Sequence record: SRR20825006_1576
DNA length: 64,000 nt
Reading direction: 5' to 3' (one strand)
Numbering within the stretch: the stretch's first letter is position 1; every line of letters begins with the position of its first letter. The translations under genes were made by a program, and so were the position numbers. Positions 55,758 through 64,000 of the stretch are shown in pieces. The notes beneath the pieces are model-generated. The model was not told where the DNA came from, did no database searches, and was given only the letters and a program-made list of their open reading frames with translations.

Positions 55758-58025
55758 ATGCCCTGTTCACCGATGCGTATCGCTCGACGTTCATGCCTTG
55801 AAACGACAGCCTTTTCGACAGCAACACTTTTGCTATTGGCCAGCACTACGACGGCCAGTGCCGGCGAAATCGCTGATGCACTTGATGCGCTGGTTAGCCA
55901 AAAAGTTGTACATCAAAGCGTTTCTCTGGCCGATCTGGGCATTGCAGACCCGCTTTCGCTTTCATCCTCATCGGCCCGCCAGGATATTTATCTGCCAGTT
56001 CCTGCCGGAGTGCAGTTAATAGAGCCAACCTTGGACTTCGAAGGGCATTACCTGCGGGCCGATGGCGGTGAGACGACCTACACATTGTCACTCGACAGCT
56101 ATTCCGTAGCAGCGCGGTCGCTTGAGGGAAGTGAAGGACAAACAGATATCCGTATCGGCGCTGACGGTGCAGCGCGTGACAACGGGTTTGTCCACCTGGG
56201 CGTAAATTGGTCCTCGTCAAGCGGGCACTTCTATTGTGACGATTCAAAACCAATCGGAAATATTCTTGAAATCATGCCGGAAACCCGGCTCAGCTACAGT
56301 TATCTAGCCGACGACGTACAGGATATTGCAAGCGCCTGGTCAGCCCTACCCCTGAAGGTAAATCTGATGGTTTCTGGCGATAGGCTCGATAAAACCGGCT
56401 ATGATGCTGCATGGCGGATCGGAGCTGCGCTGGAAAAGGCAGGAAAGCACGTCAACATCACAGCCTTCCCCGCTGTGGGGGATGTCGTGGACGCTTCCGG
56501 GATCGAAGTTCCCTCAGCGCTTCAGCAGGTTCCGGCTTTCGCTGTTTTTGCCAAAGCAGGTAAGGTCAAACTACAGAATGAAGCGGAAATCGCAGCGTTC
56601 ATCAGCCTTCATGCGTCAGCGTTTCGACCCGAGATCGTGGTTGCCGACAATAACCTGAACAAGCGTATGAATGATGCTTATTCAGCACTCGCTGCACAGC
56701 TTGAAACAGTCGATGACGATGCCGCTGCAGTTCTGCAATCACTGATGAGCGGCCAGAACGAGACACTTTTCACGTCAATACCTGCACAATCTGTCGAGTT
56801 GCGCTCTCTGGCCGGGCGTCCGGTCATTGCCGTGGCTGCAGACGGGGCAGACAATGCTGTCGGATTGTTTGACACGATGTGGCGGAAGTCTGCTGTCGCC
56901 AACACTCTGATCGTTCGCAAAGCAGCAACACCGGAAAGCCGTGGAAATCGCATTTCGCTGGGCGAGCTTGTTCTGGCATCGGGCAATCTGGACGTCGCGG
57001 CCCGCGGTAACTGGTCTGCCGCCTTCAATACAGGTGAAATTGCGCCGGGCAAGGTACCGGCAGCGCTTGAAATCATGGTTTCTTCCGCCCCCGGTGTAAC
57101 CGCAACCAAGCCTGTTGCTTCCGTTTTCCTCAACGAATATCTGCTGGGGGCACGGCAGCTCGAAGCGGATGGAAAGCCGGAGAATATATCCGTCGATGTC
57201 CCATCTTATGCGCTGCTTTCCCGCAACACGATATCGGTTCGCTTTCAGCGTCAGCCTGCGAGTGATCGCTGCAATGAAATTCCCCAGGCCTTCCCCGCAT
57301 CTGTTCTGCCTGACAGCCAGATTATTCTGAAAGATGCACCGGAGACAGCCAACTTTGCGTCCTTGTCGTCTCATCTTTCAGGGGATAGCTTCGTCGGTAT
57401 TCCACAAGCTTGGCTCTCCAACGCTCTGAAAACACTGCCAACTGTTATCCGCGTTGCAAGTGCCAGCGGGATTTCGCCATCGAAAGCCGCTTTCGATGTT
57501 GCAGACACGGCATCCATTACGCTTCCTGAAAAGCCATTTCTGCTCTTTGATATCACCGGCGAAAACATGCCCGGCCGCGTAAAAGCGGACGGTAACACCG
57601 TATCAGTCATGGGCGCGGATGGTGAGCCGCTATTTGATGTCTCCGGACTGTCAAACGTTGCCGTTATCGAAGCCGTACATGATGGCAGCCACACTGGCCT
57701 GGCCTATCAGTCTGTCGGTGAAGGTCCGCAAATCGGCCGTTCCTTCCAGCTTGGTCAGGGTGATGTCGCCGTTCTGGGCGAAGATGGCGTTCTGTCTTCT
57801 GTCAACGCCAGCGGTAAACCACTCTTCGCTGACACAGAAACAACGGTTTCTGCAATCGCAGGCAATTCATTTTCCTTAAAGACGCTGACGACACCCCAAT
57901 TCTGGACACAGCGTTTTCCATGGCTGCTTACCGTTGCCATTATCGGCGGTTTTCTGCTGCTTCTCGTGCTGGCCAATATCACCCGTCGGCGAGAGAGAAA
58001 CAGATCTGAAAAGAACCAGGGCTAA
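55758..58025 (+). CDS. Periplasmic, C-terminally membrane-anchored BcsB-like protein
   Basis: Signal peptide; two modules starting VSLADLG / ISLGEL, each followed by beta-rich segments and a Cys; C-terminal TM WLLTVAIIGGFLLLLVLAN + RRR. BcsB similarity is judged from architecture only. Confidence 0.6.
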   Translation: MPCSPMRIARRSCLETTAFSTATLLLLASTTTASAGEIADALDALVSQKVVHQSVSLADLGIADPLSLSSSSARQDIYLPVPAGVQLIEPTLDFEGHYLRADGGETTYTLSLDSYSVAARSLEGSEGQTDIRIGADGAARDNGFVHLGVNWSSSSGHFYCDDSKPIGNILEIMPETRLSYSYLADDVQDIASAWSALPLKVNLMVSGDRLDKTGYDAAWRIGAALEKAGKHVNITAFPAVGDVVDASGIEVPSALQQVPAFAVFAKAGKVKLQNEAEIAAFISLHASAFRPEIVVADNNLNKRMNDAYSALAAQLETVDDDAAAVLQSLMSGQNETLFTSIPAQSVELRSLAGRPVIAVAADGADNAVGLFDTMWRKSAVANTLIVRKAATPESRGNRISLGELVLASGNLDVAARGNWSAAFNTGEIAPGKVPAALEIMVSSAPGVTATKPVASVFLNEYLLGARQLEADGKPENISVDVPSYALLSRNTISVRFQRQPASDRCNEIPQAFPASVLPDSQIILKDAPETANFASLSSHLSGDSFVGIPQAWLSNALKTLPTVIRVASASGISPSKAAFDVADTASITLPEKPFLLFDITGENMPGRVKADGNTVSVMGADGEPLFDVSGLSNVAVIEAVHDGSHTGLAYQSVGEGPQIGRSFQLGQGDVAVLGEDGVLSSVNASGKPLFADTETTVSAIAGNSFSLKTLTTPQFWTQRFPWLLTVAIIGGFLLLLVLANITRRRERNRSEKNQG

Positions 58026-58031
58026 AAGCTG

Positions 58032-60215
58032 ATGCAACTATACTGGCCCTATCTTCTGGCTGAATATTATCGGCTTCTGGAATATGGCACTATTGTCATC
58101 GCGGTTGTCATCCTGCTGTCATGCATTGATGACCTGTTCATTGACGCGGTGTTTTATCTCAGAGCAATCAAACGATATTTCACGGTTCAGCGGCGTCACA
58201 AGCCGCTGACCCCGGATCAGCTTTACAACAGACCGGAACAGCATATTGCAATCATGGTCCCAGCCTAGCTGGAATATGATGTAATTGCAGCAATGATCGA
58301 GGGGATGGTCAAAACCCTCGACTACAGGAACTATACAGTTTTTGTCGGCACCTACCAAAATGACGCAGCTACAATTGCTGAAGTCGAGCGTATGCGACGA
58401 CGCTACCGCCAGCTTGTTCGTGTTGAGGTGCCGCACGACGGGCCGACCTGTAAGGCAGATTGCCTGAACTGGATCGTTCAGGCCATCTTCGCGCACGAAA
58501 AAAGCCACGGTCTCAGTTTTGCCGGAACAATATTGCATGACAGCGAAGATGTTCTGCATCCGCTGGAACTGCGTTTCTTTAATTATCTTCTTCCGCGCAT
58601 CGACCTGATACAGATACCTGTCAATTCGCTGGAGCGTAACTGGTACGATCTGGTTGCCGGTGTCTATATGGACGAATTCGCCGAATGGCACGGGAAGGAT
58701 ATGGTCGTCAGGGAAGCTCTTTCGGGCATGGTTCCATCCGCTGGTGTTGGCACCTGCTTTTCACGCAAAGCGTTGCTGACACTTTCGGAAAAGAGCGACA
58801 ACCAACCCTTCAACACGCAAACACTGACAGAAGACTATGATATTGGCGTGCGCCTTTCTGAGCAGGGTATGCGCTCTATTATGGCACGTTTTCCTGTCGA
58901 TTATCATGTTACCCGCAAAACCTGGTTCGGCCTTGGGCCCGATAAACAGATTACAAAACGCATGCCGCTTTGCGTTCAGGAGTATTTTCCGAACACACTC
59001 CGCACGTCTTATCGCCAGAAAGCACGGTGGTCGCTTGGTATCTGCTTCCAGGGTTGGGCCTACTTCGGCTGGTATGGTTCATTCATAGACCGCTATTTTC
59101 TGTTACGGGACCGCAAAGGCATGGTCACGAATTTCGTGACGATTGTGGCTTATATCCTGGCGCTGCAGTATATCGCGTTTCAGGTTGGTTTCAGCCTCGG
59201 TTGGCTCAAGACCAGCTATCCTCCTCTTCTGTCAATAAATGGCTGGGTAGGCACAGTTCTGATCCTGAACGCGATTGCCCTATGTCTGCGCGTTGCACAG
59301 CGCTTTTATTTTACTTACCGATATTTCGGCTGGGAACACGGCTTGCTATCCATTCCACGGATGGTCGTTTCCAATATGGTGAACTTCATGGCCATGGCGC
59401 GGGCATGGAGGCAGTACATTGTCCATATCGTCACCGGTAAAAAGCTGGTTTGGGACAAGACGATGCACGATTTTCCATCCGCCGACGGACTGATTGAAGA
59501 GCAATCGAAACTTGGCGAACTTCTGGTTTCCTGGCAGGCAATCAATGCTGAACAGCTCGACAGTTCTCTTGAGCAGCAAAAGGCGCGTGATATCCCGCTG
59601 GGCCGTATCCTTATGGACAGCGGATGGCTCGAAGAAAGCGTTCTTGCCGAGGCAATCGCCTTCCAATCAGGCATTGAAATGACAACTCTCAGTGAGGCCG
59701 ACATTCTGAAATCCAGGGATGCCATCACCTTGAACCTGTGCGTTCGATGGCGTGCCCTTCCCTTCAGCGACCCGGAAGAGGATGGCCTAACTGCCATTGC
59801 GGCAGCAATGCCGCTGCCCGCAGAGGCGATGGAAGCGCTGGAGGCTGGTTTGGGTTACAAGCCAAGGCAGTTCATTGTTCGCGATGGCGAAATTGCCGCC
59901 GGCCTTCGCCTGCTGACCAGAACAAAGCCGGATGGAAAGATCGACAATAGTGCGGCCGTCGCCAACTATCCGCTTCTCGGCGATATCCTGATTGAAAAAG
60001 GTTTCCTGTCCAACGAGGTGCTGAAGACCGCACTTTCCCGCTATGAGCCTGAACGTGACGGGCTGATTGGAAGTTATCTGGTTTCCCTGAATCTGGTATT
60101 ACAGGATTCGATTGATGATGCTCTCGCCGAACAGCGCCGGAGAATTCAGATGCATTCTCAGGCAAACGGTCTGCAAGACACGGAAACAGAAGGCGCCAGA
60201 GAGGTAGAGGCATGA
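58032..60215 (+). pseudogene. nfrB: NfrB-like GT2 polysaccharide synthase with MshEN domains, interrupted by an in-frame TAG at 58266-58268
   Basis: ORFs 58032-58268 and 58293-60215 share one frame (IAIMVPA-TAG-LEYDVI); motifs GPTCKADCLN, HDSED, PSAGVG, LTEDY, QKARW; C-terminal xLGxxL repeats. Confidence 0.85.
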
Positions 60216-62512
60216 GCATACCGAGCACACACCGTTCGGCCTATGAATGGTTTTTTAGGCATAAGCGGCACGCATTCGGCCTGATGCTGGGGGCTTCCAT
60301 TGTCACACTTGCAGGATCAGCGTCTTTTGAAGCCGCACTGGCACAAAACTCTTCAACGCAGACAGAAACACAGGTCGCGCCTCTTCCACTGACCGGACCG
60401 CCTTACCTGCTTTTAGAGCAAGCGAATGAAGCGATTTCGTCGGGAAATTATCAGGAGGCGATTTCTGCATTAAATGAAGCAATCCGGCAGAGGCCGGATT
60501 CTATTCAGCTGCGTAAAGCGCTTGTTGCCGCGCTGCAGGAATCCGGCCGAAACGACGAGGCGTTGCAGACTGCCAAAGCAGCGTCCAACGACACCAGTCT
60601 GACACCTTCCGCTCGCGCAGAAATGGCATCGCTGGCAAAACCACGGAAAGCAATCGAAGCGCAAGAACCCGCCTCAGCACAGAGCGAAGCCGTATCTCCA
60701 CTCAAAACAGATCCGGCTTATCAGGCTGCGGATGCAGCTTACGAAGCCTATGACGATGGAGATTATCGGCAGGCCGTCACACTGGCAGAAGACGCCGTCA
60801 GGCTGGCGCCGGATAACGCCGGTTACCAGACATTGCTGAATAATGCCGAGGCAGCGTTAAAGCTCGAAAATGAAGCAGCAAACCGCCCTGTCATCAGCGC
60901 GGCGGACCGGGCTGCAAATGCAGCTTATGCTGCCCAGCGTAGCGGCAATATCGATGCAGCGCTTTCATTTGCGCAGCAAGCCGTAAAGCTTTCTCCAAAC
61001 AAGATTGCCTTCAGGCTGCTGGTGATCGACCTTCTCAACAGACAGGGCAACAATGAAGCCGCCTTGTCCGCTGTAAACCACGCGATTGATCAGTTCGGGG
61101 CAAGCAGGGCTTTGCTTCAGCGGCGCGGTTTTATTGAGCAGTCGCTCGGGGACAATCAAAGTGCACAGGTCGATTTTGCAAACGCCCTGACTTTTCCAGG
61201 ATCGGGTGAACGGCAATTAAGAATAGCACTTTCTGCCGCAGCGATGGAAAACGGCGATCCGGATACAGCCTATCATGTACTTCAGCCATTGGGCGATGAT
61301 CGGAATTACACTGTATGGCTGACGCGCGGCAAAGCACTTGCCGCTATGGAAAACTACACGGCTGCTGAAACGGCCTTCGACGAAGCCATGGCACTGGCTC
61401 GTACAGATCGCGACAAGGCAAATGTGGCCATCGCTTTGCTGGACATGACCAATGCCGAAAAAGGCGGACGCACAGCGCGCGCAATGTTGAATGAAGACCG
61501 TGACAACGGCCTGTTGTCTCCGCTTTCACGCACCGAAACAGCTTATCTCGCAGCCAGACTGGGCGACAGGCAACTGGCTTATGACGCATTCAGCGACGCT
61601 TATTCACAAGGCGATATCAGTGGTGCGCAATTGATTGACGCCGCCTATGCCGCCAAGCACAACTACCACAATGAGCAAGCAATCTCGCTTTTGAAGCGCG
61701 CCATCGATGAAGCCGACGCTGGCGTATACAAGCTTGATGAACAACAGCGATTTAACATACGCCGCGAAATCTCCGATCTTGATCGCCAATGGGGCGGGAA
61801 TATCGCCCTCACCTACGGCAGCAGCGGGATATCAGATGGCTTTCTTTCTCCACCGTCATCTGCCGGCGAAGTTTTGCAGCTGGGGTCGGAAATCTACTGG
61901 CGTCCGCCGGTCATCGGTAACCGGGATGGGCGAACGGTGGACTTGTTCCTGCGCCAGTTTACAACCCTTTATGATTCACTCGACGGACCTGTCGGTACAC
62001 AAACAACGCAGGGTGCTGCCGGTATCAGGGTCAAGCCGTTCTCAGACGTGAGCTTTATTCTGGAAGCTGCAAAGTATTTCAAAATCGGTCGCAACAGCAT
62101 CGACGATTTTCTCTTGCGAGCGGCCATCTCGGACGGGTTCAACACGGATCTCATGCCCGGCCTGCAATCATGGTGGACCGGTCAATACTACGGCGAGATC
62201 GGACGGTATCTTGCCAGCGCTCAGAACTTTGCTTCCGGTAATGCCCGTTTCGGGCGCAGCTATCGCGTCGGTGACATAGACAGTAACCTGATCGTGACGC
62301 CCTTTGTTGGCATTGCCGCCGATTACAATAACACCTATGCAACGGACACTGCGCTCGGTGCCGGTCCCGGATTGCATTTACGCTACTGGTTTAATGAAAC
62401 GAAATACAAAGCCCCGACGTCGCACATTGATCTGGACGTGCAATATCGCCTGAGACTGGCTGGCGACGACCGGGCTAACGGCTGGTTCGTGATACTCAAC
62501 ACAACGTTTTGA
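60212..62512 (+). CDS. nfrA: NfrA-like TPR + outer-membrane beta-barrel export protein
   Basis: Signal peptide, multiple TPR repeats, C-terminal barrel (E.YWRP, G.RVKPF, GLHLRYWF), terminal Phe; ATGA overlap with nfrB. Confidence 0.78.
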   Translation: MSIPSTHRSAYEWFFRHKRHAFGLMLGASIVTLAGSASFEAALAQNSSTQTETQVAPLPLTGPPYLLLEQANEAISSGNYQEAISALNEAIRQRPDSIQLRKALVAALQESGRNDEALQTAKAASNDTSLTPSARAEMASLAKPRKAIEAQEPASAQSEAVSPLKTDPAYQAADAAYEAYDDGDYRQAVTLAEDAVRLAPDNAGYQTLLNNAEAALKLENEAANRPVISAADRAANAAYAAQRSGNIDAALSFAQQAVKLSPNKIAFRLLVIDLLNRQGNNEAALSAVNHAIDQFGASRALLQRRGFIEQSLGDNQSAQVDFANALTFPGSGERQLRIALSAAAMENGDPDTAYHVLQPLGDDRNYTVWLTRGKALAAMENYTAAETAFDEAMALARTDRDKANVAIALLDMTNAEKGGRTARAMLNEDRDNGLLSPLSRTETAYLAARLGDRQLAYDAFSDAYSQGDISGAQLIDAAYAAKHNYHNEQAISLLKRAIDEADAGVYKLDEQQRFNIRREISDLDRQWGGNIALTYGSSGISDGFLSPPSSAGEVLQLGSEIYWRPPVIGNRDGRTVDLFLRQFTTLYDSLDGPVGTQTTQGAAGIRVKPFSDVSFILEAAKYFKIGRNSIDDFLLRAAISDGFNTDLMPGLQSWWTGQYYGEIGRYLASAQNFASGNARFGRSYRVGDIDSNLIVTPFVGIAADYNNTYATDTALGAGPGLHLRYWFNETKYKAPTSHIDLDVQYRLRLAGDDRANGWFVILNTTF

Positions 62513-63417
62513 AACAGCGACTTCAGATGCAATTGCGGCCAAAGTTCATTCAACAACCTTGTCGCAGAACTGGTGTGTTGGTTGTTCTGTTTCTGGCCAT
62601 AGCCGCAGGCTTAATATGGCTGACCAGAGAGGATCACATACGCCCGGCCTGGCTTGGTGGTGACCCTGTTTCGGGCGTGGTCTGGCAATTGGATACCGAT
62701 ACTGTCGCGCCTGACGGTAATTGGCAGGAACTGGGAACAAACACATTGCTGGTGCAATGGATTGATGTGAATGGCATCGGTTTCTATCCGGAAACCGGTT
62801 CCCCTGCCCCTCGCCTCCCGGACTGGAAAACCATTTCGCAGCAGCCCTGGGCAGAGCAAGTCATTCTTGGCCTTGCGGGCGACTTTTCAGAAAACCAGTC
62901 ACGCGCCAACATAATGCAGCTGGCACGCACCTCAGCACAGATATCCGATACGACACTTCCGCTGAACGTTACCGGTTACTACTTTCCTGTCGAAGTCGAC
63001 CCAACATGGAATGCAGCACCGAAAGTCATGACGAAGGCTCTGGAACAGTTGCCACGACCTTTATGGATCAGTGTTTATGATGGTTCCAATATTGGTGGCG
63101 ATGCCCTTGCTGCATGGCTTGCCGACTGGTTGCCAGATGATGTGGGTATTTTCTTTCAGGACGGTGTCGGTGTCGAAGCACGCTCACCCGACGTAGCGCG
63201 GCAGTATGCAGATGCTCTGGCCGCACGCCTCGGAAAAGATCGCGTTCGCGTTATTGTCGAAGCCTTTCGGCCGGGAACGAAGCAGATGTTCCGTCCGGCT
63301 ACGGCAGATGAAATCGCACCTCAGATCAAAGCCATGCGAGGATACGACATCTATCTTTTTGATGGTCCGCACTACCTCGACAAACAAGCCGTAAAAGCAA
63401 TCAGGAATGCGCTTTGA
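62509..63417 (+). CDS. YbcH/DUF4434-like periplasmic protein (putative glycoside-hydrolase fold)
   Basis: N-terminal TM, GVVWQ, TLLVQW, GYYFPVEVD, PLWISVY, QDGVG; same position after nfrA as E. coli ybcH. Confidence 0.62.
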   Translation: MKQRLQMQLRPKFIQQPCRRTGVLVVLFLAIAAGLIWLTREDHIRPAWLGGDPVSGVVWQLDTDTVAPDGNWQELGTNTLLVQWIDVNGIGFYPETGSPAPRLPDWKTISQQPWAEQVILGLAGDFSENQSRANIMQLARTSAQISDTTLPLNVTGYYFPVEVDPTWNAAPKVMTKALEQLPRPLWISVYDGSNIGGDALAAWLADWLPDDVGIFFQDGVGVEARSPDVARQYADALAARLGKDRVRVIVEAFRPGTKQMFRPATADEIAPQIKAMRGYDIYLFDGPHYLDKQAVKAIRNAL

Positions 63418-63463
63418 AAGCATAAAGTCGCCACCAGACCGAACGCCATGGTGCAATGACCGC

Positions 63464-64000
63464 TCACGGCAGCGGCAGCCCGAGTTGGCTGGCATAAGAA
63501 CGCAGCTCAGGCGATGTCGGGTTTGCGGCAAGCGCTTCGGAAACCACACCGGACACCGCCTGTTTTCCTTCAAGTGCAGCTGTCAGACGAATAATCATGC
63601 TCCAGGCATCAAGCCGTTGTGGATCAAGGGCAACGGACAAGCGGAACTCGGAAAGTGCCGTCTCATAATCTCGGTTTGTCAGGGCATTGCCCGCCAGAAC
63701 CAGATGCGTCTCCGGGAAATCCAGACGATAATTCTGCGACTTTTGCCAGTCAGCCAGAATCGCATCGTAATCAATCCGGTCGGGTGGTGGCAGCTTCTCA
63801 ACCGGAAGGCCGAAGAATTGCCTGAGGGCTGCGAACCTGACCGTGCGGGAAGGATCTTTCAGCAACGGTTTCAGCGCTACAATGGCGTCATCCTTCGAAG
63901 CACCGGGCTGCGTTCCTGCAGCTCCGGCACGGATCAGAGGATTGTCATCTTTCAGAAGGTTCGCGGTTTGATCGGCAGTGCCCGCATCCTGTGCCGGTCT
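63464..64000 (-). CDS. C-terminal part of a HEAT-repeat/TPR protein, runs off the window
   Basis: Frame open to position 64000 (LLKDDNPLIRAGAA, LLKDPSRTVRFAA HEAT-like repeats, then TPR-like helices); may be the tail of a multiheme-cytochrome/TPR protein, which cannot be confirmed here. Confidence 0.6.
   Translation of the reverse strand, partial: RPAQDAGTADQTANLLKDDNPLIRAGAAGTQPGASKDDAIVALKPLLKDPSRTVRFAALRQFFGLPVEKLPPPDRIDYDAILADWQKSQNYRLDFPETHLVLAGNALTNRDYETALSEFRLSVALDPQRLDAWSMIIRLTAALEGKQAVSGVVSEALAANPTSPELRSYASQLGLPLP

Noticed and set aside
58032-58268. 78-aa ORF as an independent gene, or pyrrolysine recoding of its TAG
   Set aside because: It is the in-frame N-terminus of nfrB; the stop replaces a conserved Trp by one substitution, and no pyl genes are visible in the window.
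1-64000. CRISPR arrays, IS elements, prophage or anti-phage defence genes
   Set aside because: No regularly spaced repeats, transposase, phage structural or recognisable defence proteins seen; the NYN and SRAP genes sit in core context.

Overview
64-kb chromosomal window from an alphaproteobacterium, most likely Rhizobiaceae-like Hyphomicrobiales (inferred from protein sequences and gene order). Positions 1 to about 21.7 kb are core genome: partial tRNA-Lys, Atm1-type ABC exporter, psd-pssA, SRAP, Nudix, ygfZ, HD hydrolase, mscS, MOSC, the rpoZ-rel-DUF2062-acpS-lepB-rnc-era-recO cluster, NYN protein, smpB, dapA, and a lytic transglycosylase preceded by a perfect CtrA box. After a strong terminator at about 21.75 kb the rest is accessory, with no integrase, IS or CRISPR visible. 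It contains (i) pflB-pflA with a perfect FNR/FixK box upstream; (ii) a LacI-regulated GH3/GH127/sugar-ABC locus with a readable operator; (iii) an acid/ion-stress-like cluster: Ntn choloylglycine-type hydrolase, gadB with no antiporter, DUF900 lipoprotein, Tat amidohydrolase, outer-membrane barrel, ytcA-mdtNOP, chaA and a short mgtE; (iv) a YbaY-MliC-META fusion; (v) a BCCT transporter translationally coupled to an unusual OpuAC+TAXI-like double binding-domain lipoprotein; (vi) a wecB / BcsB-like / nfrB / nfrA / ybcH-like exopolysaccharide operon whose nfrB synthase has one in-frame TAG at a conserved Trp. The best candidates for undescribed systems are (vi), (v) and (iii). All product calls come from motif recognition by eye; no database searches were run.
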